From NCBI GenBank assembly GCA_033763255.1, contig JANRKX010000067.1, forward strand, positions 33,957-97,956: a stretch of DNA of 64,000 nucleotides, written 5' to 3'. The stretch comes from Acidobacteriota bacterium. Its GTDB lineage: Bacteria; Acidobacteriota; Blastocatellia; RBC074. The notes beneath the pieces are model-generated. The model saw nothing but the letters and a program-made list of their open reading frames with translations. It was not told the DNA's origin and ran no database searches. Made by a program: the position numbers and the translations under genes. Positions 20,101 through 28,700 of the stretch are shown here, piece after piece. The stretch's first letter is position 1. Every line of letters starts with the position of its first letter.

Positions 20101-20420
20101 CGCCCGATGGCCGCACGCTGGCTTCGGGCAGCCGCGACCGTACCATCAGATTTTGGGATGTTGCGACCGGACGCGAACTTTCACGGCTGGACGCGCATTC
20201 CGATTCAGTTTACTCCGTGGCCTTTTCGCCTGACGGTCGGCGACTGGCTTCGGCCAGCACCGACCGCACCATCAAATTGTGGGATGTGGCGACGCGGCAG
20301 GAACTGCTGACCTTGCGCGGCCATCAAGGCGAAGTCTATTCCGTAGCTTTTTCGCCCGACGGCCAGACGCTGCTGTCCGCCAGCGGCGACCGCACCGCGC
20401 GGTTATGGCGCGCGAAATAA
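17109..20420 (+). CDS. Ser/Thr protein kinase with N-terminal sigma-partner extension, one TM helix and about 14 WD40 repeats
   Basis: Hanks kinase motifs (GRGGMGVV, HRDLKPGNIL, DFG, SPE); TM LLVAATAAVVLALLAGTIVA; repeated FSPDG...LWD units; RBS ggagg. The last 10 codons lie inside the tandem repeat. Confidence 0.9.
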   Translation: MTPTRWQQIDQLLESALELPADQRAAFLESACNGDGTLRREVEQLLAADESVEDFLESAPAEAMAEVLDAKLASSLVGSRVGPYQILRELGRGGMGVVCLAERTDQQYRQQVAIKLLWPGVNQAEIIRRFRRERQILANLHHPNIAQLFDGGTTEDGRPYFVMEHVTGQPITEYCRARQLTIAERLTLFQQFCSAVQYAHQNLVIHRDLKPGNILVTEDGTVKLLDFGIAKLLDAERHGLTAQPTTNALMMTPEYASPEQMRGQPVTTASDVYSLGVVLYELLTGQSPYEFKDRNLPELIRVVCDEEPILPSRRAGSSNLRGDLDGILLTALQKEPQRRYQSVQQFHDDIRRHLEGQPVQAQTITLRYRAGKFVRRNKLLVAATAAVVLALLAGTIVATWQARRATEQARLNRRLLYAAQMNLAGQAWDAANISRAEQLVEANLPQPGEEDLRGFEWHYLRRLVRQNLRLTLPHPHEVRAVAFSPDGSMLATGGGDNIARLWDAATGSLLKELKTHTQRVNAVTFSYDGKTLATGSDDNLIGLWEVTSGKLLRRMVGQDDDVLKLAFSPDGQWLASSTHAPWIDVFKLSTETVFIPLNGHRSTISGLSLSPDGRWIASGSDDSLVKIWNVPVNYLPGITQRCYRSWWPMAPGDGIWRMQSDIDNCYNVQAIPAPSRELTVLKSHRDRILAVAFAPDGKLLASAGADQTIKLWDTTNWREVASLTGHSQMIRAVAFSPDGKTLVSGSEDRFVKLWDVAARRELSTIRGHGGKVYSLAFSPDGQTLATASDDHTVKLWDMTANTQAFTELTGHTDEVDVAAFSPDGKIIATAGDDKTIKLWDAASGQALKTLTGHISWVQSQAFSPDGKRLASADRKGNLIFWDTASGNQLLNLQAFQQDVFSVAFSPNGQHLVVAGLDDLQKTNELRFGIRVLDSISGQLRASIIGHKDRLRSVTYSPDGKLLATAGGDQLIKIWNAETGQELGTLAGHQGEIWKLAFSPDGRTLASGSRDRTIRFWDVATGRELSRLDAHSDSVYSVAFSPDGRRLASASTDRTIKLWDVATRQELLTLRGHQGEVYSVAFSPDGQTLLSASGDRTARLWRAK

Positions 20421-20803
20421 GATTGGATATGGAGTGCTGCGGCTTGACGCAGCTTTGTGTTCTCAGTACAGCGTCTGTTGGCATCGGAAGATTTCAGCCG
20501 AGAAAGAAAAGCGGTGTCGAGCCACCGCACCGCGCTGTTATGGCGCGCGAAATAAGATTGGATATGGAGTGCTGCGGCTTGACGCAGCTTTGTGTTCTCA
20601 GTACAGCGCCTGTTGGCATCGGAAGATTTCAGCCGAGAAAGAAAAGCGGTGTCGAGCCACCGCACCGCGCGGTTATGGCGCGCGAAATAAGATTGGATAT
20701 GGAGTGCTGCGGCTCGACGCAGCTTTGTGTTCTCAGTAGAGCGCCTGTTGGCATCGGAAGATTTCAGCCGAGAAAGAAAAGCGGTGTCGAGCCACCGCAC
20801 TCC
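20421..20803. repeat. tandem array of 3 x 135 bp, each unit a MITE-like palindrome plus a copy of the last about 30 nt of the kinase gene
   Basis: Unit starts at 20421, 20556 and 20691. The units are near-identical, and the register begins inside the kinase CDS at about 20390. Confidence 0.8.
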
Positions 20804-20827
20804 ACACACGCTTACAATTTCGACTGG

Positions 20828-21316
20828 TTATGACTTGTCGAGATTGGTTTCTACCCGCGTTAAATGAAAGATTGATATTCGAATGCGCGATTGGAGTTTT
20901 TCGCCGAGTCCCGGCACGCTGTCCAAGCCTCCACCGGCAACGAATTTGGCGAAGTCATCCAGGTTGGTCAGGCAAAACTGGCGATACAGCACCTTCAGCG
21001 TCTTGATGCCTACGCCGTCCACTTGCAACAAGTCCAACGTGCTTTCGGGAATTTCGGCGCGGACTTCGTCCCATAGTTTGAAGCTGCCGGTGGTTAGCAA
21101 ATCGCCGATCTTTTTGCTGATGGCTTCGCCGATGCCGGGCAGTTCTCGCAAAGCGGCGGCTCCTTGTTCGGCGATGAGTTCGGCCAAAGGCTGGGGCCAG
21201 TCTTCAATGGTGTCGGCGGCGGATTGATAAGATCGGACTTTGAAAAAATTCTCTCCGCGCAGTTCCAGCAGGCTGGCCAGACGGCGGAAGACTTCAGCTA
21301 TCTGTTGATTGGTCAT
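20828..21316 (-). CDS. DNA polymerase X N-terminal fragment (8-kDa lyase plus HhH fingers only); probably a truncated gene
   Basis: [31 protein letters not shown]...[10 protein letters not shown]...[12 protein letters not shown] matches the PolX N-terminus. The ORF stops after 162 aa without palm or PHP domains and abuts the repeat array. Confidence 0.55.
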   Translation of the reverse strand: MTNQQIAEVFRRLASLLELRGENFFKVRSYQSAADTIEDWPQPLAELIAEQGAAALRELPGIGEAISKKIGDLLTTGSFKLWDEVRAEIPESTLDLLQVDGVGIKTLKVLYRQFCLTNLDDFAKFVAGGGLDSVPGLGEKLQSRIRISIFHLTRVETNLDKS

Positions 21317-21452
21317 CGCTAAAAAGCTCGCTTCAGGCTGGCAGCAATGAAATTAGTCATTACCCATTGGCCATTGAACATTACCATGCAGGTAAAAAAC
21401 GAACTTACCCTGACCGTTAATGGTTAATGCGCAATGGTCAATGACCTCAGTC

Positions 21453-22625
21453 TCATCGGTGTTGGCTCACAACATTCTCAGGCAGCTTGCCGGTCAGCGA
21501 TTCCAGAAACGCCACCAAATCGCGCTGTTCCTGGTCGCCCAATGCCAGCGGAGCCAAGTCCCATTCGCGGGCAACGTTCAGCTTTCCGCCTTCGTTGTAA
21601 AACTTGACGACTTCGGCCAGCGAGCGCGCGCTGCCGTCGTGAAAGTACGGCGCAGTCAGCGCGATGTTACGCAGCGTAGGCGTGCGGAAAGCTCCGATGT
21701 CGAAAACCACGTAACTGAACCGCACGCGGCCAAGCTCTTCGCCGCCGGGTTGTTTGGCCAAACCGTCAATGACTTCCCTGCTCTGTTCGGTGTCTACGGC
21801 GTCAAAGGCTATGCGCGAAAGTTTGTCGAATCGCGGATCGTTCATGGCGACGCCGGTGTTGTGATACTGAAAATCGGTGAAAAACGGCAGCGATTCGCTG
21901 AACGTGTGGCAACGCGAACAGCGCGCTCGCCCGCGAAACACCGTCAAGCCGCGTTTGGCGGCATCGCTCATCGCCGACTGATCTCCGGCGTTGAAGCGGT
22001 CAAACGGAGAATCACCCGAAACCAAAGTGCGTTCATAAGCCGCAATCGCTTGTCCGACGCGCGCGATGGTTACTTCGCCGCCAAAAACAACTTGAAACTC
22101 CGCGCGGTATTCCGGCAGCGTTTTCAACCGCGCGACGACTTGATCGTAAGAAGCATTACCCATCTCAATCGGATTGGTCAGCGGTTGAATCGCCTGATCT
22201 TCCAGGCCTTCGGCGCGTCCATCCCAAAACTGATTCGGATAAAACATGGCGTTCAGCAAACTTGGCGAATTGCGCGTGCCGAGTTTGCCACCGATTCCTT
22301 CGGCTACGGGTTTGGCGTCGCCAAATGCCAGTTTCGGATCGTGACAGCTTGAGCAGGAAACTTTGCCGTCAGCCGACAGCCGAGCGTCGAAAAACAATTT
22401 ACGACCGAGTTCGACTTTCGCCTCTGTCATCGGATTGGCGCGCGGGACGTAATAGCTCCAAGTGTCAGTAGGCAATCCCAACGGAATCGCCAGCTTCAAT
22501 AATCGCTGCTCGGCGTTGAACGGCTGAGCCAGCATTGCGAAGCCAGACAACACGAACGCCAACACAACTGGTAAACGCAACCAACACAAATCAGTTTGTT
22601 GTTTATAAATCTTCATCTGGCACAA
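21453..22625 (-). CDS. di-haem cytochrome c peroxidase (CcpA/MauG family)
   Basis: Signal peptide; two haem-binding motifs CSSCH and CSRCH; conserved W/PNQFWDGR region. Confidence 0.85.
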   Translation of the reverse strand: MCQMKIYKQQTDLCWLRLPVVLAFVLSGFAMLAQPFNAEQRLLKLAIPLGLPTDTWSYYVPRANPMTEAKVELGRKLFFDARLSADGKVSCSSCHDPKLAFGDAKPVAEGIGGKLGTRNSPSLLNAMFYPNQFWDGRAEGLEDQAIQPLTNPIEMGNASYDQVVARLKTLPEYRAEFQVVFGGEVTIARVGQAIAAYERTLVSGDSPFDRFNAGDQSAMSDAAKRGLTVFRGRARCSRCHTFSESLPFFTDFQYHNTGVAMNDPRFDKLSRIAFDAVDTEQSREVIDGLAKQPGGEELGRVRFSYVVFDIGAFRTPTLRNIALTAPYFHDGSARSLAEVVKFYNEGGKLNVAREWDLAPLALGDQEQRDLVAFLESLTGKLPENVVSQHR

Positions 22626-22645
22626 AACCTTTGATAAGCCTGATG

Positions 22646-23161
22646 TCAGGCATTTAGCAGTTTATCTGCCATCATTGATGCTTGGGATTTTATCTGTTCA
22701 ATAACATAAAACGGGTCTTCCCCTCTTAGCGCACGACAACGACAAAGACTTACATAGTCCTCCCAACTTGCTCTTCGTGTTTTCTTTTTTTGCGTAGAGT
22801 ATTCGCTATCAACCGGACCATCAACGTAGTCAAGATCAACTAAAAGTCCATCTCCTGATAGACGGTAAGATTCAGTAGGGGCATATATGGAATTTATTAA
22901 GTCACGCCAAAAGCCGATTTTGGGCGTACAACTGTCGAGAAACATTTGACCATTGGTTTGTTTCAAAAACTTGATAATTGCCCGCCCCGCCACGCTTTCA
23001 ATAAATATCTTCAGAGCCCCTGCTGCTGGCTTAACTCTGGACACCAGTTCATCGTGTCTCACCTTCTGTAAAGCCTTATTTTGCCTCTCAGCTTCTGCCT
23101 GAGCCTCAGCATTTGCTTTGGCAGCTTTTTCGGCTGCTGCCAATTTTTCAGATAGATTCAT
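22646..23161 (-). CDS. hypothetical protein with coiled-coil N-terminus
   Basis: 171-aa ORF, visibly AT-richer than the surroundings, with a Lys/Ala/Glu-rich N-terminus. Confidence 0.45.
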   Translation of the reverse strand: MNLSEKLAAAEKAAKANAEAQAEAERQNKALQKVRHDELVSRVKPAAGALKIFIESVAGRAIIKFLKQTNGQMFLDSCTPKIGFWRDLINSIYAPTESYRLSGDGLLVDLDYVDGPVDSEYSTQKKKTRRASWEDYVSLCRCRALRGEDPFYVIEQIKSQASMMADKLLNA

Positions 23162-23202
23162 ATTGACGCCCTTCCGTTAGCTAAGCACGGCGATTAGGCA
23201 CA

Positions 23203-23505
23203 TCAGTCGTCAGGGTTTAATACATCCTGTGCTTGATGTCTGACGCGAAGCACGTAAACGGTTTCATCTTCGATGATGAAGAGGATTCGGTACTTGTCGA
23301 AAAGCAGATGGCGAATTTCCTGTCCGTGAGTTTTACTTTCCGGCGCAAGCGGGCAGCGCGCCGGAGAGTTCTCCAAGCTGTCCAATTTTCTCGTCAACTC
23401 AAAATGCCAGAGCGCGGCTTTTTCAGGAGAATATTCAGCGATCCACCTGATAGCTTGCCGCGTTTCGGCTTGAGCTTTTTCAGTAACCTCAACTTTGTAG
23501 CCCAT
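23203..23505 (-). CDS. parE: type II toxin, RelE/ParE family
   Basis: 100 aa; conserved ...YRILFIIEDETVYVLRVRHQAQ C-terminus; overlaps the upstream small gene by 17 nt. Confidence 0.7.
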   Translation of the reverse strand: MGYKVEVTEKAQAETRQAIRWIAEYSPEKAALWHFELTRKLDSLENSPARCPLAPESKTHGQEIRHLLFDKYRILFIIEDETVYVLRVRHQAQDVLNPDD

Positions 23506-23743
23506 CGCTTTTCACCGGAAAGCCGAACTCCTGCCGAAGCTCTTCAAGAAACTCCCTCATCGGTTTTGTCTTGCCTGCGCGAACTTGTGCAAGGCTCGCT
23601 TCGGTAGCCTCGAAATCTTCCAATTGATTCAATGTCCTTTCCAGCAACTCAACAGCGACTTGGTCGAACTGTTTGCCTCGCGCCACGGCACGCCCGGCAA
23701 TCCGCTGCTCAAGAGTTGCGGGAATTGTGATAGTTGCACTCAT
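23489..23743 (-). CDS. putative antitoxin partner of the ParE-like toxin
   Basis: 84-aa gene directly upstream of the toxin and overlapping it. The fold family was not recognised. Confidence 0.55.
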   Translation of the reverse strand: MSATITIPATLEQRIAGRAVARGKQFDQVAVELLERTLNQLEDFEATEASLAQVRAGKTKPMREFLEELRQEFGFPVKSDGLQS

Positions 23744-23912
23744 AAATTTACCTCTTCGAATCAGCCAATTGTTTGTTGAATATCGTGAACTTTCCAGACG
23801 CGCGCATTATGGAAACGAATCCTGATAGACGCAACCAAATCAGCCATTGCCGCCATTGTTCTTTGGCCGGATAATCGCAGCGGTTCAATTCAATCCTCGA
23901 CATAAATTGCTT

Positions 23913-24515
23913 ATGAGCACGACGCCGACAACACGCGCCCGGTGGGAGCTGACCGCCGAAGCGTTCGCCAAGTTGCTGGCCGGATTCGATTCGACGCCGG
24001 AACGCGCCGCCGCGCAGTACGAATCGCTGCGGCTGGCGTTGGTGAAGTTCTTCGATTGGCAGGGCGCGTTATTCCCGGAAGAACTCGCCGACGAAACGTT
24101 CAATCGCGTGGCGCGAAAGCTGGACGAAGGCGCGGAACTGCGCGACGCGACGACTTATTGTCATGGCGTGGCTCGGTTAGTATTGATGGAATCGCGCAAA
24201 CGCGCGGAATATCGTCGTGCCGAATTTGACGAAGCGATCAACGTCGCCGATCCGCGCGAAGCCGACGAAACAGCGGATGATGACGAAAGGCGAAATTGTT
24301 TTGATCGCTGCCTGAACGAATTGCCAGCGGAAAACCGCCGCCTGGTTTTGAGTTATTACCAGCACGATAAACGACAAAAAATTGACGGGCGACAGGCGCT
24401 GGCCGATCAGTTGGGTTTGCCGCTCAACGCGCTCCGCAGCCGAGTGCAGCGCATACGCGACCGATTGGAACAATGTGTTCGGCAATGTCTGGCCAGGAAA
24501 AATTTTCGCGGCTGA
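23913..24515 (+). CDS. sigma-70 family (ECF-like) sigma factor
   Basis: Region-2-like FFDWQG... and region-4 HTH (LVLSYYQHDK...LADQLGLPLNALRSRVQRIRDRL). Start taken at the internal MSTTPTT. Confidence 0.65.
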   Translation: MSTTPTTRARWELTAEAFAKLLAGFDSTPERAAAQYESLRLALVKFFDWQGALFPEELADETFNRVARKLDEGAELRDATTYCHGVARLVLMESRKRAEYRRAEFDEAINVADPREADETADDDERRNCFDRCLNELPAENRRLVLSYYQHDKRQKIDGRQALADQLGLPLNALRSRVQRIRDRLEQCVRQCLARKNFRG

Positions 24516-24628
24516 CGTAAAAACTTCGACATGAATTGGCCGCCGAAACCAGTACAGTTTAAGAAAGTGCGAACTGCCCAATCACCGAACTCCGCACTTT
24601 CCCGAATTTCGCCTTTGAGGCAAATACA

Positions 24629-25552
24629 ATGACGACGACAACCGACAATCAGGAAGTCCTGATGCGCCGTTACCTGCTGGGCGATTTGCCGGAAACCGAG
24701 CAACTGGCGCTGGAAGCTGAATTTTTCGCTGACACCAACCGGCTGGAACAAGTGCAAAACATCGAAACCGATTTGGTGGACGAATATGTTCGCGGCGTGT
24801 TGTCGAACCCCGAACGGCAACAGTTCGAGATTCATTACCTGACGACGCCCGCTCACCGAGAGCGCGTGGCTTTTGCCAAAGAATTGCTGCGAGCAGCCAA
24901 CGAACAATCGTCGCCGCAATCTGTTTCGTCGAAAGAATCCTTTTGGGAAAAGCTGCTGGCCAGTTTGCGCGCGCCGCAATTCGCGTTCGGCGCAGCGGCG
25001 ACGGCGATTGTGTTGATCGTCGCCGGAACCGTCTGGCTGAAGAATCAACAGGCCAATTGGCAGCAACAGATTGCCAAATCCGAAACCGAGCGCGCTGCGG
25101 AACGCCAGCGGCTGCGCGAACTGGAAGCTCAGCTTGCCCAGCAAAATCAGACCAATTCAGAGTTGAGCGCGGAGCTTGAAAAGTTGCGCGCCGAATCGTC
25201 CAAGCCGACTTCCCTGTCTTCGGTGTTTTCGTTCGTTCTGCTTTCGGGAGTTCGCGGCGGCGAGCAACCAACTCTGAAACTGCCTCCCGGAACTCAGCAA
25301 ATTCGTTTGCAGATGAAATTGGAAAGCAACGATTACAGCAGTTATTCAGCCAGCATTCGTGCGGTCGGCGGCGGGCAAGCCTTCACGACTCAACTTGCTC
25401 GCGCCGTCACCACACCGAACGGCACGACCGTTTCCGTTACTTTTCCTGCCAACAAACTCAGCAACGGAGATTACATTCTGACGCTGACCGGTGTCAGCAA
25501 CAGCGGCGCACCCGAAGAACTCAACCGTTATTTTTTCCGCCTCAGCAAATGA
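24629..25552 (+). CDS. single-pass membrane protein, candidate anti-sigma factor or regulator
   Basis: About 110-aa cytoplasmic N-terminus, TM FAFGAAATAIVLIVAGTVWL, coiled coil, about 130-aa C-terminal domain. Sits between the sigma factor and the giant secreted protein. Confidence 0.45.
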   Translation: MTTTTDNQEVLMRRYLLGDLPETEQLALEAEFFADTNRLEQVQNIETDLVDEYVRGVLSNPERQQFEIHYLTTPAHRERVAFAKELLRAANEQSSPQSVSSKESFWEKLLASLRAPQFAFGAAATAIVLIVAGTVWLKNQQANWQQQIAKSETERAAERQRLRELEAQLAQQNQTNSELSAELEKLRAESSKPTSLSSVFSFVLLSGVRGGEQPTLKLPPGTQQIRLQMKLESNDYSSYSASIRAVGGGQAFTTQLARAVTTPNGTTVSVTFPANKLSNGDYILTLTGVSNSGAPEELNRYFFRLSK

Positions 25553-25657
25553 TACTGCGGCGACTCGACGCAGCTTTGGCATTTCTGGCCGAGCGATTGC
25601 TGACAACCTAAACCTTCACTGCGAACAAAAAGCGGCGACAGGTCGCGCGCACTCCAA
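25553..25657. repeat. degenerate copy of the MITE-like element
   Basis: Left arm TGCGGCGACTCGACGCAGCTTT and right arm GCGAACAAAAAGCGGCGACAGGTCGCGCGCACTCCAAAA match the family. The left GGAG terminus is lost. It starts 1 nt after the stop of the 24629-25552 gene. Confidence 0.45.
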
Positions 25658-25746
25658 AAAATTCTGCGACATGCTTTTCGACCGCCTGCCAGTAGTAAGC
25701 GACGCGAACTTTGTCCCCCGTTGTTTACTTCTCAAGGAGGTTAGGT

Positions 25747-28700
25747 ATGAATTTCATGCAATCGCAAGTTCGCCACATCGGCGTAGCTCTTTTCACTCTG
25801 CTGGTTCTTTTCGCGTTGGCTGCGCTGCCAAACAGGCAGCAAGTTGAAGTTTCAGCCGCGCAATGTCCGCCCATCGCCGTTGCGCCGGGTTCCATTCCCG
25901 GAGGCGCGCTGGGCGTGACTTATTCGAAAACCTTCACCGCTTCAGGCGGCCAATCGCCTTACACGTTTTCTCGCAGCGCCGGAGCATTGCCTCCCGGATT
26001 GTTTTTGAATTCCGGCGGCGGGCTGGGCGGAACGCCAACCGCCACCGGCAATTACAACTTCACCATCCAGGCCAGAGACGCCAACGGCTGCACGGGCACA
26101 CGGTCGTATTCGATGCTGGTAGTTTGTCCAAGCATCACGCTGACGAACAATCTGCCCGGAGCTTCGCTCGGCGTGCAGTATTCGCAAACAATCTCTGCTT
26201 CGGGCGGAGATTCGCCGTACACATTTTCAAAAACCGCCGGAACGATTCCGCCCGGATTGTTTTTGAATTCAGGCGGCGGGTTGAACGGAACACCGACTGC
26301 GCTCGGCAATTACAACTTCACGATTCAAGCCACCGATTCGAATGGCTGCACAGGTTCGCGGTCGTATTCGATTCTGGTCGTTTGTCCGAACATCACGCTG
26401 AATCCCGCCAGCCTGCCCGCGGCCACGCGCGGCGTCGCGTATTCGCAAAACATCACGGCTTCGGGCGGAGATTCGCCGTACACATATTCTCTGGTCAGCG
26501 GTTCGATTCCGCCGGGAATGTTTCTCGGATCGAACGGTTCCATCGGCGGAACATCGAACGTGACCGGCACTTACAGCTTTCTGGTTCGCGCCACTGACAA
26601 CAACGGTTGCACGGGTCAGCGGGCTTACACCGTCACGGTAAACTGTCCGAACTTCCTGATCTTTCCGGCCAACGTTCCGGGCGCGACGATTGGCGTACCG
26701 TATTCCCAAAACTTCACGACCACCGGAGGCCAATCGCCTTACGCTTATTCGCTGGCCAGCGGAACACTTCCTCCGGGAATGCTGCTCGGCTCAGGCGGCG
26801 CGTTTGGCGGAACGCCGAACACGGTCGGAACTTACACCTTCACGCTTCGATCAACAGACGCCAACGGCTGCGCCGACACCAGATCGTACACAATCAACGT
26901 CAGTTGTCCTGACATCGCCGTCAACCCCACCACTTTGGCAGGCGGCCAAGTCGGCGAATTGTATTCGCAAACATTGACCGCTTCCGGCGGTCAATCGCCA
27001 TACACTTATTTGTTGTTCATCGGCAGTTTGCCGTCAGGGTTGTTTTTGTCGGCAAACGGAACAATCACAGGAACGCCGACGGCGGCGGGCAGTTACGGAT
27101 TTAGCATTCGCGCCAGAGACAACAACAACTGTTTCGGCCTGCGAGCTTATACGGTTGTCATTGCTCCGGCTTGTTCGACGATTACGCTCAATCCCGCAAC
27201 ACTGCCCAACGGCTCAACCGGCGTGCCGTATTCACAAACCGTCACGCCATCCGGCGGGCAATCTCCGTACAGTTTTTCCATCATCTCTGGCGGATTGCCG
27301 GCGGGGCTGACGTTATCGCCGTCAACCGGCGTGATTTCCGGCACGCCGACTTCAACCATGGGCAACGCCTCTTTCACCGTGCGCGCAACCGACGCCAATG
27401 GCTGTTCCGGCCAGCGTGCATACACGATTCAGACAACTTGCCCGACGATCAACATTGCGACCAACAACATCAACGCCACAGTCGGCGCTTCGTTTTTACA
27501 GACGATTTTCGCCAACGGGCAAACATCTCCTTTTACGTTCAGCTTCGCTCCGCCATCCGCGCCAGCTTGGTTGAACATTTCAACCACAGGCGTTCTGACC
27601 GGCACGCCGCCAGCAGCGGGGGGTTATAGCTTCGGCGTGAAGGCGACTGACGCAAACGGTTGTTCAAACATCAAAACCATCACTGTGACCGCCACGTGTC
27701 CGACCATCACGATCAATCCGACGACGTTGCCTGCGGGAACCGTCGGCGCGACTTACAGTCAGGTGTTTTCGGCAAGCGGCGGAACCGCGCCGTACCTGTT
27801 CGGCACGCAAGCCAGCGCCTTGCCGCCGGGATTGACGCTGAACACCAACGGCACTTTGAGCGGCACACCGACGACTGCCGGAAGTTACAGCTTCATCATT
27901 CGTGGCAACGACGCCAACGGATGTTTCGGCGAACGCAGTTACACGCTGGTCATCAATCCCCTGACCTGTCCGACGATCACCATCAATCCGGCGACTCTGC
28001 CCAACGGCACGGCGGGCGCGGCGTATTCGCAAACTCTGTCGGGCACAGGCGGCACAGCGCCGTATGAATTCAACTTGTTTTCAGGAACGTTGCCGACCGG
28101 ACTGACGCTGACTTCGGCAGGATTGTTGTCGGGCACGCCGACGACGCCGGGCAGTTTTAACTTCATCGTGCGCACGCGCGATGCCAACGGTTGCATCGGC
28201 GCGCGCAATTACACGGTCGTCGCCAATTGCCCGACGATCACGATCAATCCTCCGGGAATTCTTTCCGGCAGAGTCGGAGAAGCGTATTCGTGGAGCTTCA
28301 ACGCAACTGGCGGCCAACCGCCTTACACCTATTCCGTTTCCGGCGCATTGCCTGCGGGCTTGGCGTTTTCGCCGCCGAACACCATCTCCGGCACTCCGAC
28401 AGCGGCGGGGAGTTTCAACATCACAGCGCGCACCACCGACGCCAACGGCTGCATCGGCGAACGCAACTACACGCTGATCGTCAACAACCAGGCTTGCCCG
28501 ACAATCACGATCAACCCGGCAACGCTGCCCAACGGCATAGTCGGCGCGACTTACAATCAAACGCTGTCGGCAACCGGAGGAACGGCGGCTTATGCCTTCA
28601 GCATTACGACCGGAGCTTTGCCAAACGGATTGTCGCTTTCGACAAGCGGTGCTCTGACCGGGACGCCGACTTCGGCGGGAAGCTACAACTTCCGAGCGAA

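Noticed and set aside
20421-20803. Regular repeats that could be mistaken for a CRISPR array
   Set aside because: The units are 135 bp and directly abutting, with no unique spacers. The content is a palindromic MITE plus a gene tail, not 28-37 bp repeats alternating with spacers.
21420-22352. 310-aa plus-strand ORF
   Set aside because: It is antisense to the cytochrome c peroxidase, whose two CxxCH motifs identify the real frame.
24629-25552. Calling this gene a definite anti-sigma factor
   Set aside because: It lacks a recognisable zinc-binding anti-sigma domain (HxxxCxxC) and RskA or FecR signatures. It is kept only as a candidate, on topology and position.
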